Source of the DNA: Alphaproteobacteria bacterium
GTDB lineage: Bacteria; Pseudomonadota; Alphaproteobacteria; Bin95
NCBI GenBank assembly: GCA_964291285.2
Contig: OZ219787.1
Location: 640,001-704,000, forward strand
Reading direction: 5' to 3'
Length of the DNA: 64,000 nt
Shown here: positions 20,002 through 28,540 of the stretch, piece by piece
Layout: every line of letters starts with the position of its first letter
Position numbering within the stretch: position 1 is the first letter of the stretch
Translations under genes and position numbers: made by a program
Notes under the pieces: generated by a model
The model's input: only the letters and a program-made list of their open reading frames with translations
What the model was told of the DNA's origin: nothing
Database searches by the model: none

Positions 20002-22305
20002 ATGGACCGGATGATGGCGCCCTCGGCCCTTGAGCGCTATATCGGCTTCGTTCTTCGACGCCGATGGACGGTCCTGCTGTTCGCCGGCCTGGTTATGCTG
20101 GCGGTGACGGCAGGCGCTCCCTTCATCGGCGTGACCAACGATTACCGCAGCCTTTTCGATGAGGACAATCCGCAGCTCGCCGCGCTGGACGCGCTGGAGG
20201 AGACCTACTCCGCATCCGACATTGCGCTCGTCGCCATTGCCCCGCGGCAGGGTTCGGTCTTCACCCGCGAGACCCTCGCCGCGGTTGAAGAGCTGACCGA
20301 AGCGGCCTGGCAGGCGCCGTTCTCAACCCGGGTCGATTCCCTGACCAACTATACCCACAGCGAGGCGTCCGAGGACGACCTGGTCGTCGGCCCGCTTGTC
20401 AGGAACGCGGGCGCGCTCGCCGACGAAGGGCTTGTACGGGTCGAAGAGATCGCGCTGAACGCAATCGACCTTGCCGGCCGACTGGTCTCCCATGACGGGC
20501 GCGTGGCGGGGCTGACGATAAACTTCTCCTTGTCCGACGACCGGGATGCTTCGGTCGCCGAGATCAACAATTTCCTCCGCGCCCTTCTGGAGCAGGCCCG
20601 CGCCGGCCATCCGGACCTCGACTACCACCTGACCGGCGACGTCGTCATGCACCAGGTCTTCGCCGACACGACCCAGGACGACGTGCGCACCCTCACGCCT
20701 CTGGTGTTCACGATAATTGCGGTTGCGATCGGGCTCCTGCTTCGTTCCTTGTCGGGCGCCCTCGCCCTCATCATCGCGCTGATATTCACCGTCAACACGA
20801 CGATGGGCTTCGCCGGCTGGGTCGGAACGGTACTCAACCCCGCCAACTCCGGCATCCCGATCATCGTGATGACCGTCGCCGTGGCGCATTCAATCCATAT
20901 CGTTGCAAGCGTTCTGGAGCGATTGGGACGTGGCCTCGGCAGGAGTGACGCCGTTGCCGAGGCGCTCCGCGACAATATCTGGCCCGTTTTCCTTACCACC
21001 GCGACCACTGCAATCGGATTCCTCAGCCTGAATGCGTCCGATTCGCCGCCCTTCCACGTGCTGGGCAACATGGTCGCTTTCGGAGTGCTGTGCGCCTTCC
21101 TCTACTCGGTTACCGTCCTGCCGGCCCTGCTTTCAATCCTGCCGCTGCGCGCGCCTCCCGCGCCGGGCGGGCAGCCCGGTTTTTTCGAACGGTTCGGCGA
21201 TTTCGTCGTGGAGCGCCGGAGGGCGCTGCTCATTTCCGTGCCCCTCCTCGCCGCGGTGCTGGTATCCGGCATCCCGCACATCGACCTGACGGACAACTGG
21301 CCGCGATATTTCGACGAGCGCTACGAGTTCCGGCGCGACACGGATTTCGTCATCGACAATCTGACGGGCATGGAAACGCTCGAATATTCGCTCGATTCGG
21401 GGCGCGACAACGGCATCACCGACCCCGGATATCTGCAGGCCGTGGATGCCTTTGCGGAGTGGGGCCGGGCGCAGCCGGAAGTGATCCATGTCCAGGCGTT
21501 CCCGGACATCATGAAGCGCCTCAACAGGAACATGCACGGCGACGACCCGGCCTACCACCGCCTGCCCGAGGACGGGGCCCTGGCGGCCCAGTACCTCCTG
21601 CTTTACGAGCTTTCGCTTCCCTTCGGCAGCGACCTCAACGACCGCATCGACGTCGCCAAGTCCGCAACCCGGCTGAGCGTCGTCACGCGAAGCCTGACCT
21701 CGCGGCAGCAGCGCGAACTCGATACGCGGGCCCAGCAATGGCTCCGGGCAAACGCGCCCGACCTGCTGACGGAAGCATCGGGGTTCACCATCGTTTCCGC
21801 GCATCTTTCGCAGCGGAACATCAGGAGCATGCTGACCGGGACAATCATCGCCATGGCGTTGATATCCCTCATACTGATCGGGATTTTCAGGAGTATCCGC
21901 CTGGGCCTCGTCAGCCTGGTGCCCAACTTCATCCCGGCCGCCATGACCATCGGCCTCTGGGGCTATCTTGTGGGGCGGGTCGGTCTCGCCGGGTCGGTGA
22001 TGACGGCGATCGCCTTCGGGATCGTCGTGGACGATACGATTCACTTCCTGACCGCCTATCTGAGGGCCCGCCGCGAGGGGCTCGATCCCGCCGGAGCCGT
22101 TCGCAGCGCGTTTCGTACAGTCGGCCGGGCGCTGTGGACCACCACGATAGTCCTGTCGCTCGGATTCCTGGTGTTTGCCTCATCCGGGTTCGAGGTAAGC
22201 TGGGCGCTCGGCCTGATGGTGGCGATCACACTCGTCTTCGCGCTGCTTGCCGACTTCCTGCTTCTCCCGGCCCTTCTGATGGCGATCGACCGCAGGAGCC
22301 CGTGA
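20002..22305 (+). CDS. MMPL / RND-family transporter
   Basis: Two repeats of TM + periplasmic loop + 5 TM; LTTATTAIGFLSL and GIVVDDTIHFL motifs. Confidence 0.92.
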   Translation: MDRMMAPSALERYIGFVLRRRWTVLLFAGLVMLAVTAGAPFIGVTNDYRSLFDEDNPQLAALDALEETYSASDIALVAIAPRQGSVFTRETLAAVEELTEAAWQAPFSTRVDSLTNYTHSEASEDDLVVGPLVRNAGALADEGLVRVEEIALNAIDLAGRLVSHDGRVAGLTINFSLSDDRDASVAEINNFLRALLEQARAGHPDLDYHLTGDVVMHQVFADTTQDDVRTLTPLVFTIIAVAIGLLLRSLSGALALIIALIFTVNTTMGFAGWVGTVLNPANSGIPIIVMTVAVAHSIHIVASVLERLGRGLGRSDAVAEALRDNIWPVFLTTATTAIGFLSLNASDSPPFHVLGNMVAFGVLCAFLYSVTVLPALLSILPLRAPPAPGGQPGFFERFGDFVVERRRALLISVPLLAAVLVSGIPHIDLTDNWPRYFDERYEFRRDTDFVIDNLTGMETLEYSLDSGRDNGITDPGYLQAVDAFAEWGRAQPEVIHVQAFPDIMKRLNRNMHGDDPAYHRLPEDGALAAQYLLLYELSLPFGSDLNDRIDVAKSATRLSVVTRSLTSRQQRELDTRAQQWLRANAPDLLTEASGFTIVSAHLSQRNIRSMLTGTIIAMALISLILIGIFRSIRLGLVSLVPNFIPAAMTIGLWGYLVGRVGLAGSVMTAIAFGIVVDDTIHFLTAYLRARREGLDPAGAVRSAFRTVGRALWTTTIVLSLGFLVFASSGFEVSWALGLMVAITLVFALLADFLLLPALLMAIDRRSP

Positions 22306-22353
22306 ACCGCCGGTGTGTCACGGCATGTCCTGGCCGGGTTCTTCGACGAAGCA

Positions 22354-22416
22354 CCTGTTCATATTTTTTGAATTATTTCTACTATAGAGCTTGATTTTTT
22401 AAAAGTTTATGGTAAT
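22354..22416 (+). promoter_or_regulatory. AT-rich promoter-like block at the start of element copy 1
   Basis: TTCA-N7-TGAA palindrome, then CTTGAT and GGTAAT, conserved with copy 2. Spacing is shorter than canonical sigma70, so promoter function is inferred. Confidence 0.45.
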
Positions 22417-22560
22417 TTGACCCTGAGGATGAGGGCGACGTTCGCGGGGCCGCCTCGTCTTCCGCGTCGGCGTCGGCGCGAAAAAAGCGGGGATTATCCG
22501 CTTGACTAAATGACGGCGAGTCCCCATATTCTGACTCAAGCAGTCGGAACGGAGGCCGTC

Positions 22561-23529
22561 ATGGCTGGCAAGCACTACCGCGAAGGCGTGACCATCATGG
22601 AGTTGGGAGAGATGTTCCCGACCGAGGAAAGCGCCCGCGAATGGTTTGAGGCGAAGGTCTGGCCGAACGGTCGCCATTGCCCGCGCTGCGGCCATACCGA
22701 GACGATTGAATGCACCGGCAACCCGCCGATGCCCTACTACTGCCCCGGCTGCAAGCGGCATTTCAGCGTCCGCATCGGCACCGTCATGGAGCGGTCCAAG
22801 CTCTCGTTCCGCAAGTGGGTTTGGGCGATCTACCTGCACCTGACTTCGCTCAAGGGCGTCTCCAGCGTGAAGCTGGGCCGGGACATAGGCGTCCGGCAGG
22901 CAACCGCATGGTTCATGCTCCAGCGCATCCGCGAAGCCTTCAAGCGCGACGACGAGCCGCCCATGGACGGGCCGGTAGAGGTGGACGAGGTCTATCTGGG
23001 CGGGCTGCGCAAGAACATGCACAAGGCGAAGCGGGAGAGCCTTGAGGGTCGCGGCGCTGTCGGCAAGGACATTGTCGTTGGCGTGAAGGACCGGGGCACG
23101 AAGCAGGTTCGCGCCCGCCATGTCCAGCACGCGGACGCGCCGTCGCTGGCAGGCTTCGCCGCTCACAACGCCCGCATCGGCACGACGGTCTATTCGGACG
23201 AGGCGACGGTCTATCGGGCGCTGCAAGTGTGGTTTCAGCATGAAGCGGTCAATCACTCCGCTGGCGAGTATGTCCGCCAGCAGGCGCATACCAACGGGAT
23301 CGAGAGCTTCTGGGCCATGTTGAAGCGGGCGCACAAGGGCGTCTATCACAAGTTCTCGCCGAAGCACCTTCACCGCTACATCGCGGAGTTCGCCGGGCGG
23401 CACAACATCCGCGAAGCCGGGACGCTGGCACAAATGGCGGGACTGGCGGCCGGCATGGTCGGGAAGCGCCTGACCTACGCCCGGCTGATTGCCGAGAACG
23501 GGCTGGCGAGCGGGGCGCGGCCATACTAG
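22561..23529 (+). CDS. IS1595 family (ISXO2-like) DDE transposase
   Basis: Zn ribbon CPRCG...YYCPGCKRHFSV, HTH, VEVDEVYLGG, VYSDE, HTNGIESFWAMLKR, YIAEF; GGAGG RBS before MAGKH. Confidence 0.96.
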   Translation: MAGKHYREGVTIMELGEMFPTEESAREWFEAKVWPNGRHCPRCGHTETIECTGNPPMPYYCPGCKRHFSVRIGTVMERSKLSFRKWVWAIYLHLTSLKGVSSVKLGRDIGVRQATAWFMLQRIREAFKRDDEPPMDGPVEVDEVYLGGLRKNMHKAKRESLEGRGAVGKDIVVGVKDRGTKQVRARHVQHADAPSLAGFAAHNARIGTTVYSDEATVYRALQVWFQHEAVNHSAGEYVRQQAHTNGIESFWAMLKRAHKGVYHKFSPKHLHRYIAEFAGRHNIREAGTLAQMAGLAAGMVGKRLTYARLIAENGLASGARPY

Positions 23530-24732
23530 TCACGCCTCTATCAGCCACGGGAACAGGGCGGCGCGCTTCTGCATACGCTCTTTCAGGAATTGCTCTTGCG
23601 AGCGCGTTCCCTTCGACGAATTGCAGGCGCCGCACAGCAGCCAAAGGTTCTCAAGGTGGTCGGTCCCGCCATGCGCTTGCGGGACGATATGGTCCACCGT
23701 CAGATTGCGCTTGCGGAAATGCTCCCCGCAACCGCCGCAAAAGCCTTCCTGCTGGCCGTAGAGCAAGTCCAGGTGCGTCCGGTAGTGGGGAAGGTCTCCC
23801 AGGTCCGTGCGGCCCGGCTGGTCCGTCCTGTGGACAACATCGCCGGTCTTGTAGAGCGGGATTTCGTCGAGGATGCCTTGCAGGCGCGTCGTGACGAGCT
23901 CGGCCGCCTTCGCGGAAATGTCGATGCCGATCCACTGGCGCTGTAGCCGCTCCGCCGCCACGGCGGCCGTCGCGCAACCGCAAAATGGGTCCAGCACGAC
24001 ATCGCCCTCGTTACTCGACGCCTTGATGATGCGGTCCAGAAGGGCAAGCGGCTTCTGCGTCGGATAGCCGACATATTGCGCCTTTTGGCGGGGCGCTATG
24101 GCGAGTCCATTTCCTTTCTCTTGCGGCCACCATGTTTCAGGGACTTTGCCGTCCGTCAGCCCATATTCGCCCTCGATAAATCCAGAACCGCGCAAACCGT
24201 CTTTGAAATTCGCCTTGGTCTTGCCATGGTGCTGAATACGCACGGCGTCGGCATTGAAGGTCCATGTCTCGCCGACTGAATACCAGTGGATTGTATCGTG
24301 CTTTCGGTTGAACTGGCGCATATGCGGTGAGCCGGGGCCAGTATAGCACCAGATAATCTCGTTCCGGTGATTAAGGCGTCCGAAAATCGCGTCCATGAGC
24401 ATCTTGAGATAATGCGACGCGAACGGGTCACAATGCAGATAGATGCTGCCGGTCGGCTTCAGGACACGCCGCATTTCGACGAGGCGTTGCGCCATCATGC
24501 CGAGATAGGCCGCCATGCCGCGCCCGTGCGCCAGCCGGGCCGCGTCGATTATGGCGAAAGTCGTCGGGTCACGCTCTTGCAGCAGTGCCAGATAGACGCG
24601 GTCCGCGTCGTCGAAGGTCCATGAGTCCTTGAAGGCAGCCCCGGCCGCCTCCGAGCCTATGGGTGCGCTATAGGTGCGGTTGGAGTTGAAGGGCGGGTCG
24701 AGATAGATGAGATCGACCGTGGCGCTGTTCAT
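23530..24732 (-). CDS. Site-specific N6/N4 DNA methyltransferase (beta class) fused to a C-terminal HNH endonuclease; true start probably further upstream
   Basis: Motif IV LIYLDPPF precedes YPTQKP and motif I LDPFCGCAT. The C-terminus CGGCG...LTVDHIVPQAHGGTDHLENLWLLCGACNSSKG is a Zn-binding HNH. The frame stays open upstream (NWRNRTIWTRDNLHVLRG) to TAG at 24820-24822. Confidence 0.9.
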   Translation of the reverse strand: MNSATVDLIYLDPPFNSNRTYSAPIGSEAAGAAFKDSWTFDDADRVYLALLQERDPTTFAIIDAARLAHGRGMAAYLGMMAQRLVEMRRVLKPTGSIYLHCDPFASHYLKMLMDAIFGRLNHRNEIIWCYTGPGSPHMRQFNRKHDTIHWYSVGETWTFNADAVRIQHHGKTKANFKDGLRGSGFIEGEYGLTDGKVPETWWPQEKGNGLAIAPRQKAQYVGYPTQKPLALLDRIIKASSNEGDVVLDPFCGCATAAVAAERLQRQWIGIDISAKAAELVTTRLQGILDEIPLYKTGDVVHRTDQPGRTDLGDLPHYRTHLDLLYGQQEGFCGGCGEHFRKRNLTVDHIVPQAHGGTDHLENLWLLCGACNSSKGTRSQEQFLKERMQKRAALFPWLIEA

Positions 24733-25167
24733 GCCTCTCAGGACATGGAGATTGTCGCGCGTCCAGATGGTGCGGTTGCGCCAGTTGGCTTCCTGCGTCG
24801 CCGCTGCGTCGCCTGCCTTCTACCCTATCAGATTTCCTCGCCATGCTTGATCTCCCGCTGTGAAGAGCACAGGCTAGGAGACGGGCTGATATTTAGTCAA
24901 ACGGATAATCCCCAAAAAAGCCGTTGAGAAACGGACGGGATAAGTGCGTCCCGTGCCACGCCCGCGGGCAGGTACAGGCGCAATCAGGCGCACGATACGC
25001 GCGGATAAGGGTCCCGCCGCCCGGATGAGCCGGCGGCGGAGAGGACGGAACGAAACCGGAGCGACAGGAAGAACCCATGCCGAAGACAGAGGGCCACCGA
25101 AACCGGATGGAATACCCGTACCCCATGCCCGAACGGACGACAGGGTATGCGTCGCGTGCATGCAAAC

Positions 25168-25240
25168 CATGACATCTCATGACACATCGCAGGAGAGGCT
25201 CGGGACGCCTCATGACAAAACATGACATCTCATGACATTC
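25168..25240 (+). repeat. Five CATGACA heptamers at 10-bp period, in two clusters
   Basis: Starts at 25168, 25178 and 25211, 25221, 25231. Confidence 0.9.
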
Positions 25241-25335
25241 CCGTGGAGTGGGCCCCTGGGTCGCTGCAGCCCTGCCGCACTGCCTCTGCCCGACTCCGGC
25301 CATGGTTTGCCGGCTCCGGGACCCGGCCCGTCGCG

Positions 25336-26136
25336 TCAGACCGCCTCCAGCGGCGGCGGAGGCGGCGGGTCGGCAAAGAGAGCCTGCGCCCCCACGATAT
25401 CGAGGTCATGCCCCGGCGAGCGGGCTATGGTGGCATGCACCGTGCCGGCGGCGAGTGCCATGGCCTCCGCCCAGCCGTCCCGCCACCGGGCCGCAAGCAG
25501 AGCGGCGAACAGGTCGCCCGCCCCGTAACCCGGATGCGCGACCTGCGGCACCACAGCCTGCCTGGCCTCGCCTTCCGATATGCCGACACAGGCGATGCGC
25601 CCCTCCCCCGCCGGGACGCTTGTCGCCACGACGAGGGAGGGCCCGAGCCCGGCGGCAACCTCGGCGGCTCGCGCCGGCCCGTCCACCTCCCGGGCCCCGA
25701 GCAGGGAAAGCTCGAACCGGTTGGGCGTTGCCGCCGCGGCCCGCGGCAGGAGTTCCCGCCGGATGGCTTCGGGCAGGTCCGGGGCCACGAACAGCCCCTT
25801 CGGATCGTCGCCCATGACCGGGTCGAGCAGGTAGGGCGCGCCCACACGGTCAACCGCGCGCGCCACCGCTTCCGCATTGGCGGCCGAGCCCAGATAGCCG
25901 GAAAGGACGAGATCGATGTCCTCCAGGAAACCGCGTTCCTCCAGCCCGCTCACAATGCGGTCGATGCTCTCGGCCGGATGCACCTCCCCCCGGAACCCGC
26001 CATGGGCGGGATGGTTGGAATAGGCGACCGTGTCGATGCAGGTGACCTGATGACCTAAGCGCTGGAGCACGAACACCGCCGTGCGATTGCCGACGAAACC
26101 GCGCGCCACCGAGGACTGGATCGATAGAATGTGCAT
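25336..26136 (-). CDS. pdxY: Pyridoxal kinase (PdxK/PdxY family)
   Basis: ILSIQSSVARGFVGN, DTVAYSNHPAHG, LSGYLG, DPVMGD, TPNRFEL, GAGDLF. Confidence 0.9.
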   Translation of the reverse strand: MHILSIQSSVARGFVGNRTAVFVLQRLGHQVTCIDTVAYSNHPAHGGFRGEVHPAESIDRIVSGLEERGFLEDIDLVLSGYLGSAANAEAVARAVDRVGAPYLLDPVMGDDPKGLFVAPDLPEAIRRELLPRAAAATPNRFELSLLGAREVDGPARAAEVAAGLGPSLVVATSVPAGEGRIACVGISEGEARQAVVPQVAHPGYGAGDLFAALLAARWRDGWAEAMALAAGTVHATIARSPGHDLDIVGAQALFADPPPPPPLEAV

Positions 26137-26185
26137 GATGTCCGCCCCGTCGCCGACGACTCGCCCGCACAAGGAATCCGCCTTC

Positions 26186-27061
26186 ATGCCCCAAGCCGTC
26201 AAGCCGCGCCGCAGCGCCCTCTACATGCCGGCCTCCCGCGCCGGCGCGCTGGAGAAGGCGAAGACGCTGCCTGCCGACGTGTTGATCTTCGACCTCGAAG
26301 ACGCCGTCAGCCCCGACGCAAAGGAAACGGCCCGCGCGCAGGCGGTGGCGGCGGCGCGTTCGGGAGCCTACGGGCCGCGCGAGATCGTCATTCGCGCCAA
26401 CGGCCTCGACACGCCCTGGGGGCACGACGACCTCGCGGCCATCGCCGGATCGGGCGCGGATGCGGCGCTGCTGGCGAAGGTCGAGAGCGAGGCGACGGTC
26501 CGCCAGGCCGCCGCCCTGCTCGAACGGCACGGCGCTCCTGCCGGAATGGCCGTCTGGGCGATGATGGAAACGCCGCTGGCCATGCTGCGCGCGGACGCTA
26601 TTGCAGGGGCCGGGCATCGCCTGTCCGCCCTCGTCATGGGCACGTCCGACCTGGCCAAGGAGCTGGGCGCGGCGCATACGCCGGACCGGCTGCCCTTCAT
26701 CACCGGGCTCGGCCTCTGCCTGCTGGCGGCGCGCGCCCACGGTCTCGCCGTCCTGGACGGGGTCCATCTGGACCTCGCCGACGACGAGGGATTCGCCGCC
26801 GCCTGCCGGCAGGGGGTCGAATTCGGCTTCGACGGCAAGACACTGATCCACCCGAAACAGGTCAGCCCCTGCAATGCCGCCTTCTCGCCGGGCCCCGGCG
26901 CCCTTGCCGAGGCGGAGCGGATCATCGCCGCCCATGCCGAAGCGGAGGCGGCGGGCCGGGGCGTCACCGTGGTGGACGGACGGCTGATCGAAAACCTGCA
27001 TGTCGAAATGGCGAGACGGACGGTCGCGCTCGCCGAAGCCGTCGCCGCGCGCCGGGGCTGA
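26186..27061 (+). CDS. CitE/malyl-CoA lyase-like CoA ester lyase (HpcH/HpaI family)
   Basis: RRSALYMPAS, DLEDAV, MMETP, MGTSDL, GFDGKTLIHPKQ. Confidence 0.92.
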   Translation: MPQAVKPRRSALYMPASRAGALEKAKTLPADVLIFDLEDAVSPDAKETARAQAVAAARSGAYGPREIVIRANGLDTPWGHDDLAAIAGSGADAALLAKVESEATVRQAAALLERHGAPAGMAVWAMMETPLAMLRADAIAGAGHRLSALVMGTSDLAKELGAAHTPDRLPFITGLGLCLLAARAHGLAVLDGVHLDLADDEGFAAACRQGVEFGFDGKTLIHPKQVSPCNAAFSPGPGALAEAERIIAAHAEAEAAGRGVTVVDGRLIENLHVEMARRTVALAEAVAARRG

Positions 27062-27129
27062 CACCGTGTGAGCGCAATGACACGGTTGTCGGCTAACATG
27101 CGCAATCCGGCTGGGGGACGCCCTTTCGC

Positions 27130-28503
27130 ATGACCTACCGCACCCTCCGTTCCTGGCTCGACCGGTTGCAGGCCACCGACCGGCTTGCTGTCGCCCGGCC
27201 GGGCGTTTCGCTGGATTTCACCCTCGCCGCGCTCGCCAAGCGGTGGGATGCGCAGAAGGCGGTGCTCTTCCCCGAGCCGCTCGGCCTCGACGGCCGCCGC
27301 CACGAGATACCGGTCGTCTCCGGCCTCGTCTCGGACCGGGGCTGGATTGCCGAGGCGATGGGCGTCGAGCCCGGCGCGGTGCTCGACCGTTTCCGCGCCG
27401 CAGCCGAGCAGCCGCTTCCCTGGCGGGAGGTGGCCGACGGCGCGTGCCAGGAACGCATCGACCGCAGCCCCGACCTCACGACCGCCCTTCCGATCCCGAA
27501 GCACAATGCGCTCGACGCCGGGGCCTATATCTCCGCGGGCCTCGTCATCGCGCGCAACCCGGGGACCGGCATCCAGAACGTCTCGATCAACCGCCTCCAG
27601 ATCACCGGGCCGAGGCGGATGGGCATCCTGATCCTGCCCCGCGACCTGCATCATTTCTTCGCGGCCGCCGAAGCAGCCGGGGAACCGCTCGACGTGGCCG
27701 TCGCGGTCGGCGTCGATCCGCTGACCCTGCTCGCCAGCCAGGCCATCCTGCCCATCGACCATGACGAGCTGGAGGTGGCGGGCGCGCTGCATGGCGCACC
27801 GCTGGAAGTGGTGAAATGCGCGACGAATGAAGTCCGCGTGCCCGCCGGTGCCGAGATCGTCGTCGAAGGGCGCCTGCTGCCAGGCGTGCGCGAGACCGAG
27901 GGGCCGTTCGGCGAGTTCCCGCAATATTACGGGCCTGCCGGCGAGCATCCGGCCATCGAGGTGCAGGCCGTGACGACACGCGAGAGGCCCGTCTTCCACA
28001 CCATCGTGCCGGCGGCGATGGAGCACCTGCTGCTTGGCGCCATCCCGCGCGAGGCCACCATCGCCGCGCATCTGCAGCGCACCTGCCCGACCGTGCTCGA
28101 CGTGCACCTCTCGCGCGGCGGCGTCTGCCGCTACCACCTCCACGTGAAACTGCGGAAGACACAGGAGGGCCAGGGGCGCAATGTCATCATGGCCGCCTTC
28201 GCCGCCCATGCCGATGTGAAGCAGGTGACGGTGGTGGACGAGGATGTCGACGTCCACGACCCGACGGCGGTGGAATGGGCGGTGGCGACCCGCTTCCAGG
28301 CCGGGCGCGACCTGTTCGTCGTCCCGCGCGCCCAAGGCTCGAAACTCGACCCCTCCGCGGACAACGGCGTCTCGGACAAGCTCGGTCTCGACGCCACCAT
28401 GCCGCTCGACCGCGACGGTTTCACCTACACCGTCGTCCATGTCCCCGGAGAAGACGACCCCGGCCTCGACACATTGCTCACCGACGAGCACTACGAGTTC
28501 TGA
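27130..28503 (+). CDS. UbiD family (prFMN-dependent) decarboxylase
   Basis: NVSINRLQ, EIVVEG, EGPFGEF, VVDEDVDVHD...WAVATR, KLGLDAT. Confidence 0.93.
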   Translation: MTYRTLRSWLDRLQATDRLAVARPGVSLDFTLAALAKRWDAQKAVLFPEPLGLDGRRHEIPVVSGLVSDRGWIAEAMGVEPGAVLDRFRAAAEQPLPWREVADGACQERIDRSPDLTTALPIPKHNALDAGAYISAGLVIARNPGTGIQNVSINRLQITGPRRMGILILPRDLHHFFAAAEAAGEPLDVAVAVGVDPLTLLASQAILPIDHDELEVAGALHGAPLEVVKCATNEVRVPAGAEIVVEGRLLPGVRETEGPFGEFPQYYGPAGEHPAIEVQAVTTRERPVFHTIVPAAMEHLLLGAIPREATIAAHLQRTCPTVLDVHLSRGGVCRYHLHVKLRKTQEGQGRNVIMAAFAAHADVKQVTVVDEDVDVHDPTAVEWAVATRFQAGRDLFVVPRAQGSKLDPSADNGVSDKLGLDATMPLDRDGFTYTVVHVPGEDDPGLDTLLTDEHYEF

Positions 28504-28540
28504 ACCGGCGGCGCGACTGCCCACAGGAGACCTCCGACCC

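Larger units (their letters stand above)
22489..24913 (+). mobile_element. IS1595-family transporter IS carrying a methyltransferase-HNH passenger gene
   Basis: 23-bp IRs GGGGATTATCCGCTTGACTAAAT (22489-22511) and ATTTAGTCAAACGGATAATCCCC (24891-24913), 22/23 match. 8-bp target duplication AAAAAAGC at 22481-22488 and 24914-24921. Confidence 0.95.
22354..25240 (+). repeat. Copy 1 of an unnamed ~450-bp non-coding element (candidate structured RNA), split by IS1595 into 22354-22488 and 24922-25240
   Basis: Collinear homology to the reverse complement of 43587-46090. 22354-22395 vs 46049-46090: 32/42 identical, ungapped. 25124-25163 vs 43644-43683: 34/40. 25168-25190 vs 43607-43629: 23/23. Confidence 0.85.

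Noticed and set aside
22463-22488. Hairpin plus A-run as an intrinsic terminator
   Set aside because: On the minus strand the T-run precedes the hairpin and on the plus strand an A-run follows it, so neither orientation fits. Treated as part of the repeated element.
25168-25240. CATGACA repeats as a CRISPR array
   Set aside because: Units are 10 bp with no unique spacers, and there are no cas genes in the window.
24893-25303. Short ORFs inside the repeated element (e.g. 24944..25225, 24893..25303, 45516..45950)
   Set aside because: Shared peptides (AIRR.IRA, MTSHDTS) simply mirror conserved DNA blocks. I found no common start, RBS or stop between copies. A decayed ORF is not fully excluded.
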